Origin: a virus
Lineage: Duplodnaviria > Heunggongvirae > Uroviricota > Caudoviricetes
Length of the DNA: 64,000 nucleotides
IMG/VR virus record: IMGVR_UViG_2687453522_000001
Direction: 5' to 3' (one strand)
A program made the translations under genes and the position numbers. The notes beneath the pieces were generated by a model. It ran no database searches and had not been told where the DNA came from. It saw only the letters and a program-made list of their open reading frames with translations. Positions 52,535 through 61,882 of this stretch are shown one piece after another; the stretch's first letter is position 1, and each line of letters opens with the position of its first letter.

Positions 52535-52830
52535 GTGTATATCTTATTGATAAACGTCGACGTGGGCAACAAATACCACCTGTAGGAATTCCGAATCACA
52601 CATGGTTTTGCGTACTTGATATCGATGGTATGGATGCGTTGGTTGACACTCGTCATTACTGCGATACCGCAACAGCTACTCCGGCGAAAGCAAAGAAAAT
52701 GGCTGCTCTGATAGAAAACTGGACTCCACCTGATGGTTGGTGCAATGGGAATGATCGAGATTGGCATGAAAAAATGAAGGGCTATATCTGCGATTTCTTA
52801 CGTAAATGCAACGGATTCAGGGTGATGTGA
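52531..52830 (+). CDS. hypothetical protein (GTG start)
   Basis: GTG at 52531, 5 nt after AAGGAGG, overlapping the upstream stop. Confidence 0.45.
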   Translation: MSVYLIDKRRRGQQIPPVGIPNHTWFCVLDIDGMDALVDTRHYCDTATATPAKAKKMAALIENWTPPDGWCNGNDRDWHEKMKGYICDFLRKCNGFRVM

Positions 52831-52831
52831 C

Positions 52832-53389
52832 ATGAACAAGATTGACTATCAGGCACTGCGTGAGGCGGCAGAGAAGGCAACGTGGGGAGACTGGGACTCA
52901 TATAAACCACACCGTGGCGCACGTGGTTATGAGGTCCGACTAAGTAGTCAGGCCATTGCGCAACACGTTCTGAAAAACAACGCTGAATTTATTGCTGCCT
53001 TTAATCCAAAGATTGCTTTGGCACTACTGGATGAACGGGAAAGGAACCAGCAATACATCAAATCCCGCGACCAGGAGAACGAGGATATTGCACTAACGGT
53101 AGGGAAGTTGCGCGTTGAGCTGGAAGCAGCAAAATCAAAACTCAACGAGCAGCGTGAGTATTACGAAGGTGTTATCTCTGATGGGAGTAAGCGCATAGCA
53201 GAGTTAGAAAGTGGTTCTCAGGCACAAAAGTTAGTTGAAGCAATCATTGTTGCGATAGAAAACGAACAGGAACGTCTTTTTGATGAAGATTACCTAATGG
53301 ATTCGAAAGAATGCATTGACGTAATTCGTGAAGAAGTAAAGCGATGGGATGATTCCCGCGCCGCTGGCATTGGCATCAAAGGAGAGTGA
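52832..53389 (+). CDS. Ead/Ea22-like prophage protein, paralog 2
   Basis: 185 aa; N-terminus NKIDYQALREAAEKAT. Confidence 0.5.
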   Translation: MNKIDYQALREAAEKATWGDWDSYKPHRGARGYEVRLSSQAIAQHVLKNNAEFIAAFNPKIALALLDERERNQQYIKSRDQENEDIALTVGKLRVELEAAKSKLNEQREYYEGVISDGSKRIAELESGSQAQKLVEAIIVAIENEQERLFDEDYLMDSKECIDVIREEVKRWDDSRAAGIGIKGE

Positions 53390-53390
53390 T

Positions 53391-53654
53391 ATGGCAACTT
53401 TGACAAAAAAAGAACAAGCATGGTTGAGCGAATTACAGGACGTTCTTGATCGCTGCCCATCACCGAAAAAAATTGGTTTTTACACCATTGGCGATAAAAG
53501 CATTTACCTGTATGACCTGCGCCGCATGGATGAAATCATGGAGGCTCTTGATAATCGTTCGTCAATGGATTGGTGTGTTGCTGTTCATGATATGAATGCC
53601 GGATTTGATGAAAAGATTTTATTCCCCTCATCAGTTGAAAGTACAGCAGGATAA
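53391..53654 (+). CDS. small hypothetical protein
   Basis: Start set at the MATLTKKEQ Met after GGAGAG RBS. Confidence 0.45.
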   Translation: MATLTKKEQAWLSELQDVLDRCPSPKKIGFYTIGDKSIYLYDLRRMDEIMEALDNRSSMDWCVAVHDMNAGFDEKILFPSSVESTAG

Positions 53655-53664
53655 GGACTAACAC

Positions 53665-54264
53665 ATGACCACTATTACCAAAGAGCGACTGCTGACAATC
53701 AGGCAGTGGCGCGAAACATACGGACCTGGTAGCAACGTTGTACTGCCAGCAGAAGAAGCGGAAGAACTGGCACGAATTGCTCTGGCATCGCTGGAGCAGA
53801 ATGTACTATCGGGCAACTCTCCGCTTATTCCTGGTGAAGTGTTGTCCGCAATCCGGGAGGTTGCCAGGATTCGTGCCGATTTCGATGATTTTGACGGTGA
53901 CAGGCGAGGTATCGGTGATTGTCTGGATGAGGCCGAGCAAGAGCTTATCGTTACCATTAACAAATATGCCAGTCAGTTGGCAGCAGAACCTATAGCGCCT
54001 AATGACGTTCGAGAGCAGACAGCCATTCCGCAAGTTCCGGTAACTCCGGATGGTTGGATAAGCTGTAGTGAGCGAATGCCGAATACCAAAACAGCCGTTC
54101 TTGTTGCCGTGGAGTTTGACAGGAAAGGTGACTGGCGAATGAAATGGGCTACTTACATCCCGGGGCATCCTGACGCTAATGATGGGTGGATAATTCCTGG
54201 TGCGTCGTGGAAACCGTCACACTGGATGCCGCTACCAGAACCGCCGCAGGAGGTGAATCAATGA
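53665..54264 (+). CDS. DUF551-like prophage protein
   Basis: 199 aa; C-terminal W...P...HWMPLPEPP pattern. Confidence 0.5.
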   Translation: MTTITKERLLTIRQWRETYGPGSNVVLPAEEAEELARIALASLEQNVLSGNSPLIPGEVLSAIREVARIRADFDDFDGDRRGIGDCLDEAEQELIVTINKYASQLAAEPIAPNDVREQTAIPQVPVTPDGWISCSERMPNTKTAVLVAVEFDRKGDWRMKWATYIPGHPDANDGWIIPGASWKPSHWMPLPEPPQEVNQ

Positions 54265-54344
54265 GCTGGCCTGAAGCATTCACCACGGTAGGAATTGTGA
54301 TGGCGGCAGCACTGGGTTTGTATTCAATTTGTCGCTGGTGGTAA
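54261..54344 (+). CDS. 27-aa hydrophobic peptide (candidate small membrane protein)
   Basis: MSWPEAFTTVGIVMAAALGLYSICRWW; ATG overlaps the upstream stop (CAATGA); absent from the ORF track. Confidence 0.35.
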   Translation: MSWPEAFTTVGIVMAAALGLYSICRWW

Positions 54345-54346
54345 CG

Positions 54347-54580
54347 ATGGGAAAAATAACTTTTGTAGTCGAATTTGAGGATGGTAAAGAGCCACCTGTT
54401 AGCGCCAATCTTGATGTTGCTGGTGGCAGGCTTGTTTCGGTTCTATTTGGTGACTACCGAGATGATTTCTTCCAACCAGAAGAAGTTGATGTGGTGCGAG
54501 AGGCATTAAACGAGTTAAGTGTTGATAACGATGATGCTCATGCGGAAATCATCCAAAAAATGGAACTGCTAACTCACTAA
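54347..54580 (+). CDS. small hypothetical protein
   Basis: Start set at ATG 54347 (MGKITFVVEF...); the track start at 54329 is TTG. Confidence 0.4.
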   Translation: MGKITFVVEFEDGKEPPVSANLDVAGGRLVSVLFGDYRDDFFQPEEVDVVREALNELSVDNDDAHAEIIQKMELLTH

Positions 54581-54758
54581 ATTATCAATTATGGTGCTAT
54601 CACCTACGACACCGAGAGAAAATTTATAATGTCAAAAGTAAATGTTTTGATTTTTTCAGTAATTGTAGGTTTTGGTTTTTCTGCTGGAGTGCATATTTAT
54701 ATTACGTGGGAAAAAATCATCAACTACGTATGGAGTTGTTTTATTAAGTGAGGTAAGT

Positions 54759-55052
54759 ATGTGGAGAGGTAATAGTCATGGCAAAAGCCAGATGATACTT
54801 ACCGAATATCAGTTTGACCATAAAACCAATAAATCACGTTCAGTATATTTGCTTCGGCACAATAGCCGCGTAAGGAATACCGTGCTGGAACAAAATCTGA
54901 CAGTTGAAATAGATAATTACGGGGGCTTCAAGCCAACAATTTCGCTTGATGATTTTCCTCGTGGTTTAAGCGAAAGAGAAGCAATGCTGAAATTAGCAGA
55001 ATGGCTACAAAGATTAAGCATTGCTATTGAAGATAACTGGTCTGAACCTTAA
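54759..55052 (+). CDS. small hypothetical protein
   Basis: Start set at ATG 54759 after TGAGGTAAG. Confidence 0.4.
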   Translation: MWRGNSHGKSQMILTEYQFDHKTNKSRSVYLLRHNSRVRNTVLEQNLTVEIDNYGGFKPTISLDDFPRGLSEREAMLKLAEWLQRLSIAIEDNWSEP

Positions 55053-55058
55053 ATTTAT

Positions 55059-55433
55059 ATGATGACACTAAAACATTTTCTTGACCGCCCATTATGGGCG
55101 GCAGCCGCAGGCTATGACTTTAATTATATGGATTGCATGTCTTATACTGCCAATGCATACGACCATGCGTTCAGCCTGCTGTTTAATTCTTTAAGAATAT
55201 TGCCGGAAACAGAAGTTGGAGAGCTTCATTTATGGATATTGAGCTTTATCGCGGCAGTCGTTGGTATTGCTGTATGGCCTTTTATTTTCTGGCTGGTGGC
55301 TGTTGTAGTGTGGTTTAAGTGCAAGACATACCGGAGAAAGTATTTCTTAGGTGATGGAATGACCGATATTGCCAAAATGAACATTGAAAAATGGACTAAG
55401 GAATGTGAAAAGAAATGGCGCAAAAAGAAATGA
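55059..55433 (+). CDS. small membrane protein
   Basis: 124 aa with central hydrophobic helices (IAVWPFIFWLVAVVVWF). Confidence 0.45.
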   Translation: MMTLKHFLDRPLWAAAAGYDFNYMDCMSYTANAYDHAFSLLFNSLRILPETEVGELHLWILSFIAAVVGIAVWPFIFWLVAVVVWFKCKTYRRKYFLGDGMTDIAKMNIEKWTKECEKKWRKKK

Positions 55434-56347
55434 CCAGAATCACTGAAGAGCGTATATCAGAGATTATTTCCCGTATCGAAATGTATGGTCACGGTGCTGG
55501 ATATACGGCAGATGAAGTATTGGCACTTGCCCAAATGGCTTTGGCGGCTTGCAAAGATGATAAAAAAATGAAGCTTATCGACTTGTTAGTGAAGGAGCTG
55601 CCTAAGTGCGGCGGGTGGCCTGATGGAATGAGTTATTGTTACCTACCCAGTGTCAATTTAATGGCACCATGCGCGACTTTTGCTTTTGGCTCAGACCACA
55701 AAAAAGACACTTTCTTTGGGCGCAATTTTTGTTGTGAGATTGAGCTTCCAATTGGTGACCTTGATAGCGATGAATACCAGTCAGTTGTCACTCGCGAACA
55801 ATACGAATCAGCTCTCATAGCGTCGCAGAAAGTCGAGTTCAATGGTGATGAACTTGAAAGTAAGACTTACAGGTTGGATTTTGGGCAATGGCTGGAACAG
55901 CAACGCGGGAAAATCGATGTGGACTGTGGTTGTGTGTCCACTGAAACATTCATGCACTGGCTGCGGGTAGCTTACGAGGCTGGCAACTATCCGGATATTC
56001 CGGATAGTTCGGTGCCAGGGCCAGGAAAGGGCGTCACCGGTGAACGTATCCGCATTAAACCGCATGTTTATCGCGAACTGGTTAACCGTCTCCACGATAC
56101 AGCGATCAAGTGTGCTGGCACCCAGCAATTACGAGAAAGAATTAGCCGTGTTTTGGGCGACGTTATTACACCAGATCATCATAAACAAGCCGAGAAAAGT
56201 GGCCTGGAAAGGTGTCACCTTGAGGCGGCATTAAACATTAAGCCGGGGCATACGCTTGGCATTATTGATGCACTATTGGTTCATAAGATGGCCAGGGCTT
56301 TATTGCCGCTGGTGGATGCTGGCGATACAAGCGAGGGTGAAGTATGA
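55415..56347 (+). CDS. hypothetical protein
   Basis: 310-aa ORF. Confidence 0.5.
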   Translation: MAQKEMTRITEERISEIISRIEMYGHGAGYTADEVLALAQMALAACKDDKKMKLIDLLVKELPKCGGWPDGMSYCYLPSVNLMAPCATFAFGSDHKKDTFFGRNFCCEIELPIGDLDSDEYQSVVTREQYESALIASQKVEFNGDELESKTYRLDFGQWLEQQRGKIDVDCGCVSTETFMHWLRVAYEAGNYPDIPDSSVPGPGKGVTGERIRIKPHVYRELVNRLHDTAIKCAGTQQLRERISRVLGDVITPDHHKQAEKSGLERCHLEAALNIKPGHTLGIIDALLVHKMARALLPLVDAGDTSEGEV

Positions 56348-56706
56348 GAGTTGCAGATCACATCAAACACCTTGAAAGAATTATCGAAAACGGTGAACTC
56401 TTAAGAGATCAGATGAGACGCACGGCAGAAGTCAGAGAGGCGATAATCCGCAGTCAGGCTGGTAAATTAAAGCAATTATCAGAGATTAACGCGCTATACA
56501 AGAACAGACGTAACCGGGCGGCGCTGCGGCTTCAGAAAGCACGTAATGAAATTAAATTGGTGGAGGCAAAACTGAAAAAACAGATTCAGCGTTACGATCA
56601 GCAAGATGCTTTTTATGCCGCCATCAAGGCGGCTGCTAATGAAATAGGCATCTGGAAGTTGCTGGTGGAGAAAGCAAAGACGAAGTTAAATGCCAACGAA
56701 AGCTGA
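56344..56706 (+). CDS. small coiled-coil protein
   Basis: 120 aa, Lys/Glu/Arg-rich helical; last gene of the long plus-strand operon. Confidence 0.45.
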   Translation: MRVADHIKHLERIIENGELLRDQMRRTAEVREAIIRSQAGKLKQLSEINALYKNRRNRAALRLQKARNEIKLVEAKLKKQIQRYDQQDAFYAAIKAAANEIGIWKLLVEKAKTKLNANES

Positions 56707-56780
56707 ACTACAGGTACCCACCAGCACATACAGAAAATGATTGTTTCCACATCAAGGAGATTTTAATGTTTCACTGAACA

Positions 56781-56918
56781 TTAAGTAAGCCAGTGCATAA
56801 TTCCATTTTTTACTGACCTTAAAAGCAAAATCAAAACGATGATGAGGATGATCGCCAGAATCTGGCTAATAACAGGCGCATCTAAAAATGCACTCAGGAA
56901 CTGAAAAAAAGCAGTCAT
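56781..56918 (-). CDS. 45-aa hydrophobic peptide (candidate small membrane toxin or holin-like protein)
   Basis: MTAFFQFLSAFLDAPVISQILAIILIIVLILLRSVKNGIMHWLT; AAGGA SD 8-12 nt upstream on the minus strand; absent from the ORF track. Confidence 0.4.
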   Translation of the reverse strand: MTAFFQFLSAFLDAPVISQILAIILIIVLILLLRSVKNGIMHWLT

Positions 56919-57367
56919 TAAGGTGGTTCCTTGTCAAATGTAAAGGAGCACTTGCTCACGTTGACGTAGAAACCCAACCCCTATATAGTTGGATTCGGTG
57001 AAAGAAAGTCGTTAACGTGAGCTTACGGCACATGTTTTCGGAACAACATCAGGGAACGGCTAATTCCTTGATGCGGATGGGGTCTGTAATGCAGACCCTA
57101 TCTATTAACGTCATGATTGCATCTCAAATTTTCTCCTTATCTTCATTAATCAAAATTCATTTCATTTGTGAAACATCACAATATTTAGAAAATGGCCCTC
57201 TTGCAAGTGCATAACTTTGTGGATAAATCAGGAAGAAAAAAGTTGATTCTGCGCACGGCAAGGCAGATAAGCTGTGCACAAAAATCAATGGGAAAAGAAA
57301 AAAAATTAAAAGTTACTTTGCTGGTTAAATAATAGTCGTTACGCAATTGTTCTGGATGGGATTTGAT

Positions 57368-57619
57368 ATGCACGATTGGAATATTGCAGCTAAAAGTCAG
57401 GAAGAACGGGATAAGGTTAACGTTGATCTGGCTGCCAGCGGTGTGGCGTACAAAGAGCGATTGAACATACCTGTCATAGCTGAACAGGTAGCCCGCGAGC
57501 AACCAGAGAATCTGCGCACCTATTTCATGGAACGGTTACGGCACTATCGGCAGTTAAGCCTCCAGTTGCCAAAAGGGAGCGATCCGGTGTATCAGAACGA
57601 GGATGCACCAAAAAAATAA
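57368..57619 (+). CDS. small protein upstream of humD
   Basis: Start set at the [10 protein letters not shown] Met; weak RBS. Confidence 0.4.
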   Translation: MHDWNIAAKSQEERDKVNVDLAASGVAYKERLNIPVIAEQVAREQPENLRTYFMERLRHYRQLSLQLPKGSDPVYQNEDAPKK

Positions 57620-57704
57620 CGGCAAGATGGGGGAGAAATGTGATTAGCCCCCAGCGTGGCGCGCCTACAAACCCCGCTTTCACAAACTATGCCTTTTCAA
57701 TGTA

Positions 57705-57724
57705 TACTGTATGAATAAACAGTA
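57705..57724 (+). promoter_or_regulatory. LexA (SOS) box upstream of humD
   Basis: TACTGTATGAATAAACAGTA fits the CTGT-N8-ACAG consensus, 19 nt before the humD start. Confidence 0.6.
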
Positions 57725-57742
57725 TCATTGAGGTAAAACGCT

Positions 57743-58132
57743 ATGGGCTTCCCTTCTCCTGCGGCGGATTATGTTGAAAGCCGAATTTCTCTTGATCAGC
57801 AGATAATTAGACATCCTTCAGCGACCTACTTCATGCGGGCAGCTGATAGCCATCACCGTGAGGGAATATTGCAGGGTGCTTTGCTGGTGGTTGATTCCTC
57901 GCTTACTCCGGTTGATGGTTCTCTGCTTGTGTGCGCTATGGAGGGTGAATATCGCATAAAGAGATACAGGAAGTATCCGCGCCAGCACCTGGAGGATTTA
58001 AGCACCGGGAAGAAAGAGGCGTTACCAGTAGATGACGATGGATACACGGGCAGTAATGCTGTTTTTGGTGTGATCACTCATGTCATCAATGATGCCCGAA
58101 GTGGGGAATTTGATGATTGTCCGGTTATTTAA
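57743..58132 (+). CDS. humD: UmuD'-like protein
   Basis: 129 aa; S24-peptidase-like C-terminal domain without the LexA-type N-terminal arm. Confidence 0.85.
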   Translation: MGFPSPAADYVESRISLDQQIIRHPSATYFMRAADSHHREGILQGALLVVDSSLTPVDGSLLVCAMEGEYRIKRYRKYPRQHLEDLSTGKKEALPVDDDGYTGSNAVFGVITHVINDARSGEFDDCPVI

Positions 58133-58204
58133 GCTGCAAAGTGCTGGTGCTTTATGCCTGTGAAGTTTATAATTGTGTACACATAACGAGTACACGAGGT
58201 GTTT

Positions 58205-58426
58205 ATGCAATCCATTAACTTCCGTACCGCGCGTGGCAACCTTTCTGAAGTGCTCAACAATGTTGAAGCCGGGGAAGAGGTTGAAATCACCCGCAGAGGC
58301 CGTGAGCCAGCAGTAATTGTCAGCAAGGCTACTTTCGAAGCCTACAAAAAAGCGGCGCTGGATGCTGAATTTGCATCCCTGTTTGACACCCTGGACTCCA
58401 CCAACAAGGAACTGGTTAACCGATAA
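58205..58426 (+). CDS. phd: Phd antitoxin
   Basis: 73 aa [39 protein letters not shown]...; stop overlaps the doc start (TAATG). Confidence 0.9.
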
Positions 58427-58806
58427 TGAGGCATATATCACCGGAAGAACTTATTGCGCTTCATGATGCGAATATAAGCCGCTACGGCGGCCTGCCGGGA
58501 ATGTCTGATCCGGGTAGGGCAGAGGCCATTATCGGGAGAGTTCAGGCCAGAGTTGCCTACGAAGAGATCACCGACCTTTTCGAAGTCTCCGCCACCTACC
58601 TGGTGGCTACAGCGAGAGGGCATATATTCAATGATGCCAATAAGCGTACCGCGCTAAACAGTGCGCTGCTATTTCTACGCCGTAACGGGGTGCAGGTATT
58701 TGATTCACCTGAACTGGCAGACCTTACTGTAGGCGCTGCGACTGGCGAGATATCTGTATCTTCTGTCGCCGACACGTTACGTAGATTGTATGGTTCTGCG
58801 GAGTAG
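58426..58806 (+). CDS. doc: Doc toxin (Fic-fold kinase)
   Basis: 126 aa [25 protein letters not shown]... with Fic-like [11 protein letters not shown] motif. Confidence 0.9.
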
Positions 58807-58810
58807 ATTA

Positions 58811-58990
58811 ATGGCACGCAAATACAACAAATTGTCCCGTGAAGCGTTAAAGATGCTTCTTGATGGCGTGAGTCGCCGCAAGGTAAAGCAATACCTGGTT
58901 GGTAAGCAAATTGGAGTCAGGACCGCTATTGCTGTGTTATGCCGTCAGGAAATGGTTGTGCTTAAACAGAGAATGCCGGGCAGCAGATAA
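58811..58990 (+). CDS. small protein downstream of doc
   Basis: 59-aa ORF starting MARKYNKLSREALK, 5 nt after the doc stop. Confidence 0.45.
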   Translation: MARKYNKLSREALKMLLDGVSRRKVKQYLVGKQIGVRTAIAVLCRQEMVVLKQRMPGSR

Positions 58991-59017
58991 AGCCCAATCA
59001 GTGATTAAAGGTGTGAT

Positions 59018-60061
59018 GTGAAAGCCGTAATTACTCCCTTTGTACAGAAAGAGCTTGGCCTCGCCACGTTCAAAGTGGATCAGGAGGTCAGAAAGCTGGT
59101 GGAGGCTGGCCGTAAATTTATTATGGAGCCGGTGCCGCGTGAGTTAATCGAGCACATGGAAGACGGCCTCGTTGTTACCGAGCAAACCATGGCAACAAAT
59201 GAGGCGTTGCAGCCGTTTTTTAACAGCGATGAACTGTTTCGCCGTATTGGTGGAATTGACGCGCTGGTGGCGTGGTTGCGTAGGAAAGAGGGTCAATGCC
59301 AGGCCGCAGATCGTAGTTGGTGTGACAACCATATTGTCCACGCTGAACGAGACAATAGCGCGGTGTTGTTGTGCTGGCATCACGATAACCATTACCGGAT
59401 GCGTGGTTTTAATGAGCTGAAAGAAACGCTGCATAATAATCGCGTTAACTGGATACTGGATGTCGCCCGTCAGGAAATGGGGCTTTCAGATGGCCATGAT
59501 TTAAGTATTCAGGAACTGTGCTGGTGGGCTTTCATGCGCAACATGATGCACCTGATGCCGGAAGAAGTTTGCCGTATATCAATAAATAAGATGAAAGCCG
59601 CAACGCAGGATAGCGGACCTCTGAAAGAGGCGGATATTCGCCCGTATGACGATCGCGCTACAGCATATGTTCAGATGATGGAAGAACGCGCCGCGCCGAT
59701 GCGTGCAAAAGTATGCCCTGTGGATGTTGACTCCGACCCTGGCATGGCGCATTTCAAAATACCAAAACTTCAATCGCTAAAATTGCCCGAGTACATGGAT
59801 TTTGTGGCTTCCCGTCCATGCTGTGGCTGTGGAGCTGCGGGAGCTGGCGCTCACATTACGCCTTATATCGTTCGTCATAGTCGATTATGCGCGCATGACA
59901 TTTATGCTATTCCTCTGTGCCAGTCATGCCAGCGTGATATTGAGCGTGACCGCGATAATTGGGAGAAGACGCACGGTAGGCTGGCGATGCATCAACGATT
60001 GTTCTTTGATTACGCGCTTGGAGTCGGCGCTATCACAAGTCATTCGTCGAGCGTTAGATAA
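59018..60061 (+). CDS. hypothetical protein with C-terminal Cys cluster
   Basis: 347 aa; [16 protein letters not shown]...CQSCQRD near the C-terminus. Confidence 0.5.
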   Translation: MKAVITPFVQKELGLATFKVDQEVRKLVEAGRKFIMEPVPRELIEHMEDGLVVTEQTMATNEALQPFFNSDELFRRIGGIDALVAWLRRKEGQCQAADRSWCDNHIVHAERDNSAVLLCWHHDNHYRMRGFNELKETLHNNRVNWILDVARQEMGLSDGHDLSIQELCWWAFMRNMMHLMPEEVCRISINKMKAATQDSGPLKEADIRPYDDRATAYVQMMEERAAPMRAKVCPVDVDSDPGMAHFKIPKLQSLKLPEYMDFVASRPCCGCGAAGAGAHITPYIVRHSRLCAHDIYAIPLCQSCQRDIERDRDNWEKTHGRLAMHQRLFFDYALGVGAITSHSSSVR

Positions 60062-60062
60062 A

Positions 60063-60079
60063 ATTGCTCTAATGTATTG
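60063..60079 (+). promoter_or_regulatory. C1-type operator upstream of lpa
   Basis: ATTGCTCTAATGTATTG; TTGACA at 60121 between it and the lpa start. Confidence 0.45.
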
Positions 60080-60149
60080 CTATTTCTTTAATCGAGGGTA
60101 TTATATTCGACGTTGATTAGTTGACATGGGCTAATCAGTAGGTGACAGG

Positions 60150-60602
60150 ATGTTACTTAACTGGCAGGGACGCCACTTCATGGAAATAAATCACTCACGA
60201 ATAACATCGTACGAGATTGCGGATTACATGATCCGCACTAAATCTCTTCTATCAGCGAAAGATCTCGCAGCAATTCTTGAAAAGGAATACCCGCATCTGG
60301 ATGTCGATAAGCGCGATGTTTATCTGCGCTTAAAGGCTATCGCTGTGTCTAAGTATTCGTCTGTTTTGATTGATGACAGTACACGCCCACGTAGATTTCA
60401 GATCCACTCTCTGAATCCTGAATTCTTTCGCCGCAGCCGCGCTCCGCGCCGGTTTGATGAAAAACTCCAGAACGAACTCTATATGACGCAGGACGAAAAG
60501 GAACGCCGGGAGCACCAGCCTTGGGTGATGGCGCGTCAACTTTTCAATAAGGTGGTCCGTCAGCACCGTCATTACGGTAATGCCACATCCGCACGTATCT
60601 GA
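60150..60602 (+). CDS. lpa: late promoter activator-like protein
   Basis: 150-aa ORF directly upstream of pacA with an operator in its leader; assignment by synteny and size. Confidence 0.5.
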   Translation: MLLNWQGRHFMEINHSRITSYEIADYMIRTKSLLSAKDLAAILEKEYPHLDVDKRDVYLRLKAIAVSKYSSVLIDDSTRPRRFQIHSLNPEFFRRSRAPRRFDEKLQNELYMTQDEKERREHQPWVMARQLFNKVVRQHRHYGNATSARI

Positions 60603-60688
60603 TTGATTGCTTGCCCGTTCCGGGCCTTTTGACATGTGACTTTCGTTACCCTCGCGTCAAAAAGAGTTTTATACGAAAGGAAGCATAA

Positions 60689-61882
60689 GTGACCTGGGAC
60701 GATCACAAGAAGAATTTTGCTCGCCTGGCGCGAGATGGTGGTTACACCATCGCACAATATGCCGCCGAGTTTAATCTCAACCCAAACACCGCACGTCGTT
60801 ATCTCCGTGCATTCAAAGAAGACACCGGAACAGCGGACAGCCGTAAGCCAAATAAGCCTGTCAGGAAACCACTAAAAAGCATGATCATTGATCACGCTAA
60901 TGATCAACGTGCAGGTGATCACGTTGTGGCTGAAATGGCTGAAAAACAAAGAGTTAATGCTGTTGTCAGTGCCGCAGTCGAGAACGCGAAGCGCCAGAAT
61001 AAGCGCATAAATGATCGTTCTGATGATCATGACGTGATCACCCGCGCCCACCGGACCTTACGTGATCGCCTGGAACGCGACACCCTGGATGATGATGGTG
61101 AACGCTTTGAATTCGAAGCTGGCGATTACCTGATAGATAACGTTGAAGCGCGGAAGGCCGCGCGCGCTATGTTGCGTCGGTCCGGGGCCGATGTTCTGGA
61201 AACCACTCTTCTGGAAAAGTCTCTCTCTCATCTCCTTATGCTGGAGAACGCCAGGGATACGTGTATTCGCTTGGTTCAGGAAATGCGCGATCAGCAAAAA
61301 GACGATGATGAAGGAACTCCGCCTGAATACCGTATCGCGAGCATGCTAAACAGCTGTTCCGCGCAGATAAGCAGCCTGATCAACACCATTTACAGCATCC
61401 GGAATAACTATCGAAAAGAAAGCCGGGAGGCGGAAAAGCACGCTTTGTCTATGGGGCAAGCTGGCATTGTTAAGCTGGCATACGAACGAAAGCGTGAAAA
61501 CAACTGGTCAGTGCTGGAGGCAGCTGAATTCATCGAGGCGCATGGAGGGAAAGTACCGCCCCTGATGCTGGAGCAAATCAAAGCCGATCTGCGTGCTCCT
61601 AAGACCAATACCGATGATGAGGAAAGGCAAACAGCCGTCGGTGGCCCTTCTCTTGAAGATCTGGACAAAGTTGCGCGAGAACGGGCCGCCAACCGCCGCG
61701 CCGATGCCGCATTGTGGATTGAGCAGCGTAGGGAAGAAATCGCCGATATCGTTGATACAGGCGGTTATGGAGATGTTGATACTGAAGGTGTATCAAACGA
61801 CCCATGGCTGGAACAAGACCTGGACGAAGACGAGGAGGAAGACGAAGAAGTTACCCGCAAGCTATACGGGGATGATGATTAA
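60689..61882 (+). CDS. pacA: terminase small subunit-like packaging protein
   Basis: 397 aa; N-terminal HTH-like region ([18 protein letters not shown]); contains the pac hexamer cluster. Confidence 0.8.
   Translation: MTWDDHKKNFARLARDGGYTIAQYAAEFNLNPNTARRYLRAFKEDTGTADSRKPNKPVRKPLKSMIIDHANDQRAGDHVVAEMAEKQRVNAVVSAAVENAKRQNKRINDRSDDHDVITRAHRTLRDRLERDTLDDDGERFEFEAGDYLIDNVEARKAARAMLRRSGADVLETTLLEKSLSHLLMLENARDTCIRLVQEMRDQQKDDDEGTPPEYRIASMLNSCSAQISSLINTIYSIRNNYRKESREAEKHALSMGQAGIVKLAYERKRENNWSVLEAAEFIEAHGGKVPPLMLEQIKADLRAPKTNTDDEERQTAVGGPSLEDLDKVARERAANRRADAALWIEQRREEIADIVDTGGYGDVDTEGVSNDPWLEQDLDEDEEEDEEVTRKLYGDDD
60882..61039. other. pac-like packaging site: 4 + 3 TGATCA/G hexamers
   Basis: TGATCA at 60882, 60889, 60901 and 60916; TGATCG/TGATCA at 61011, 61023 and 61034. 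Confidence 0.6.
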
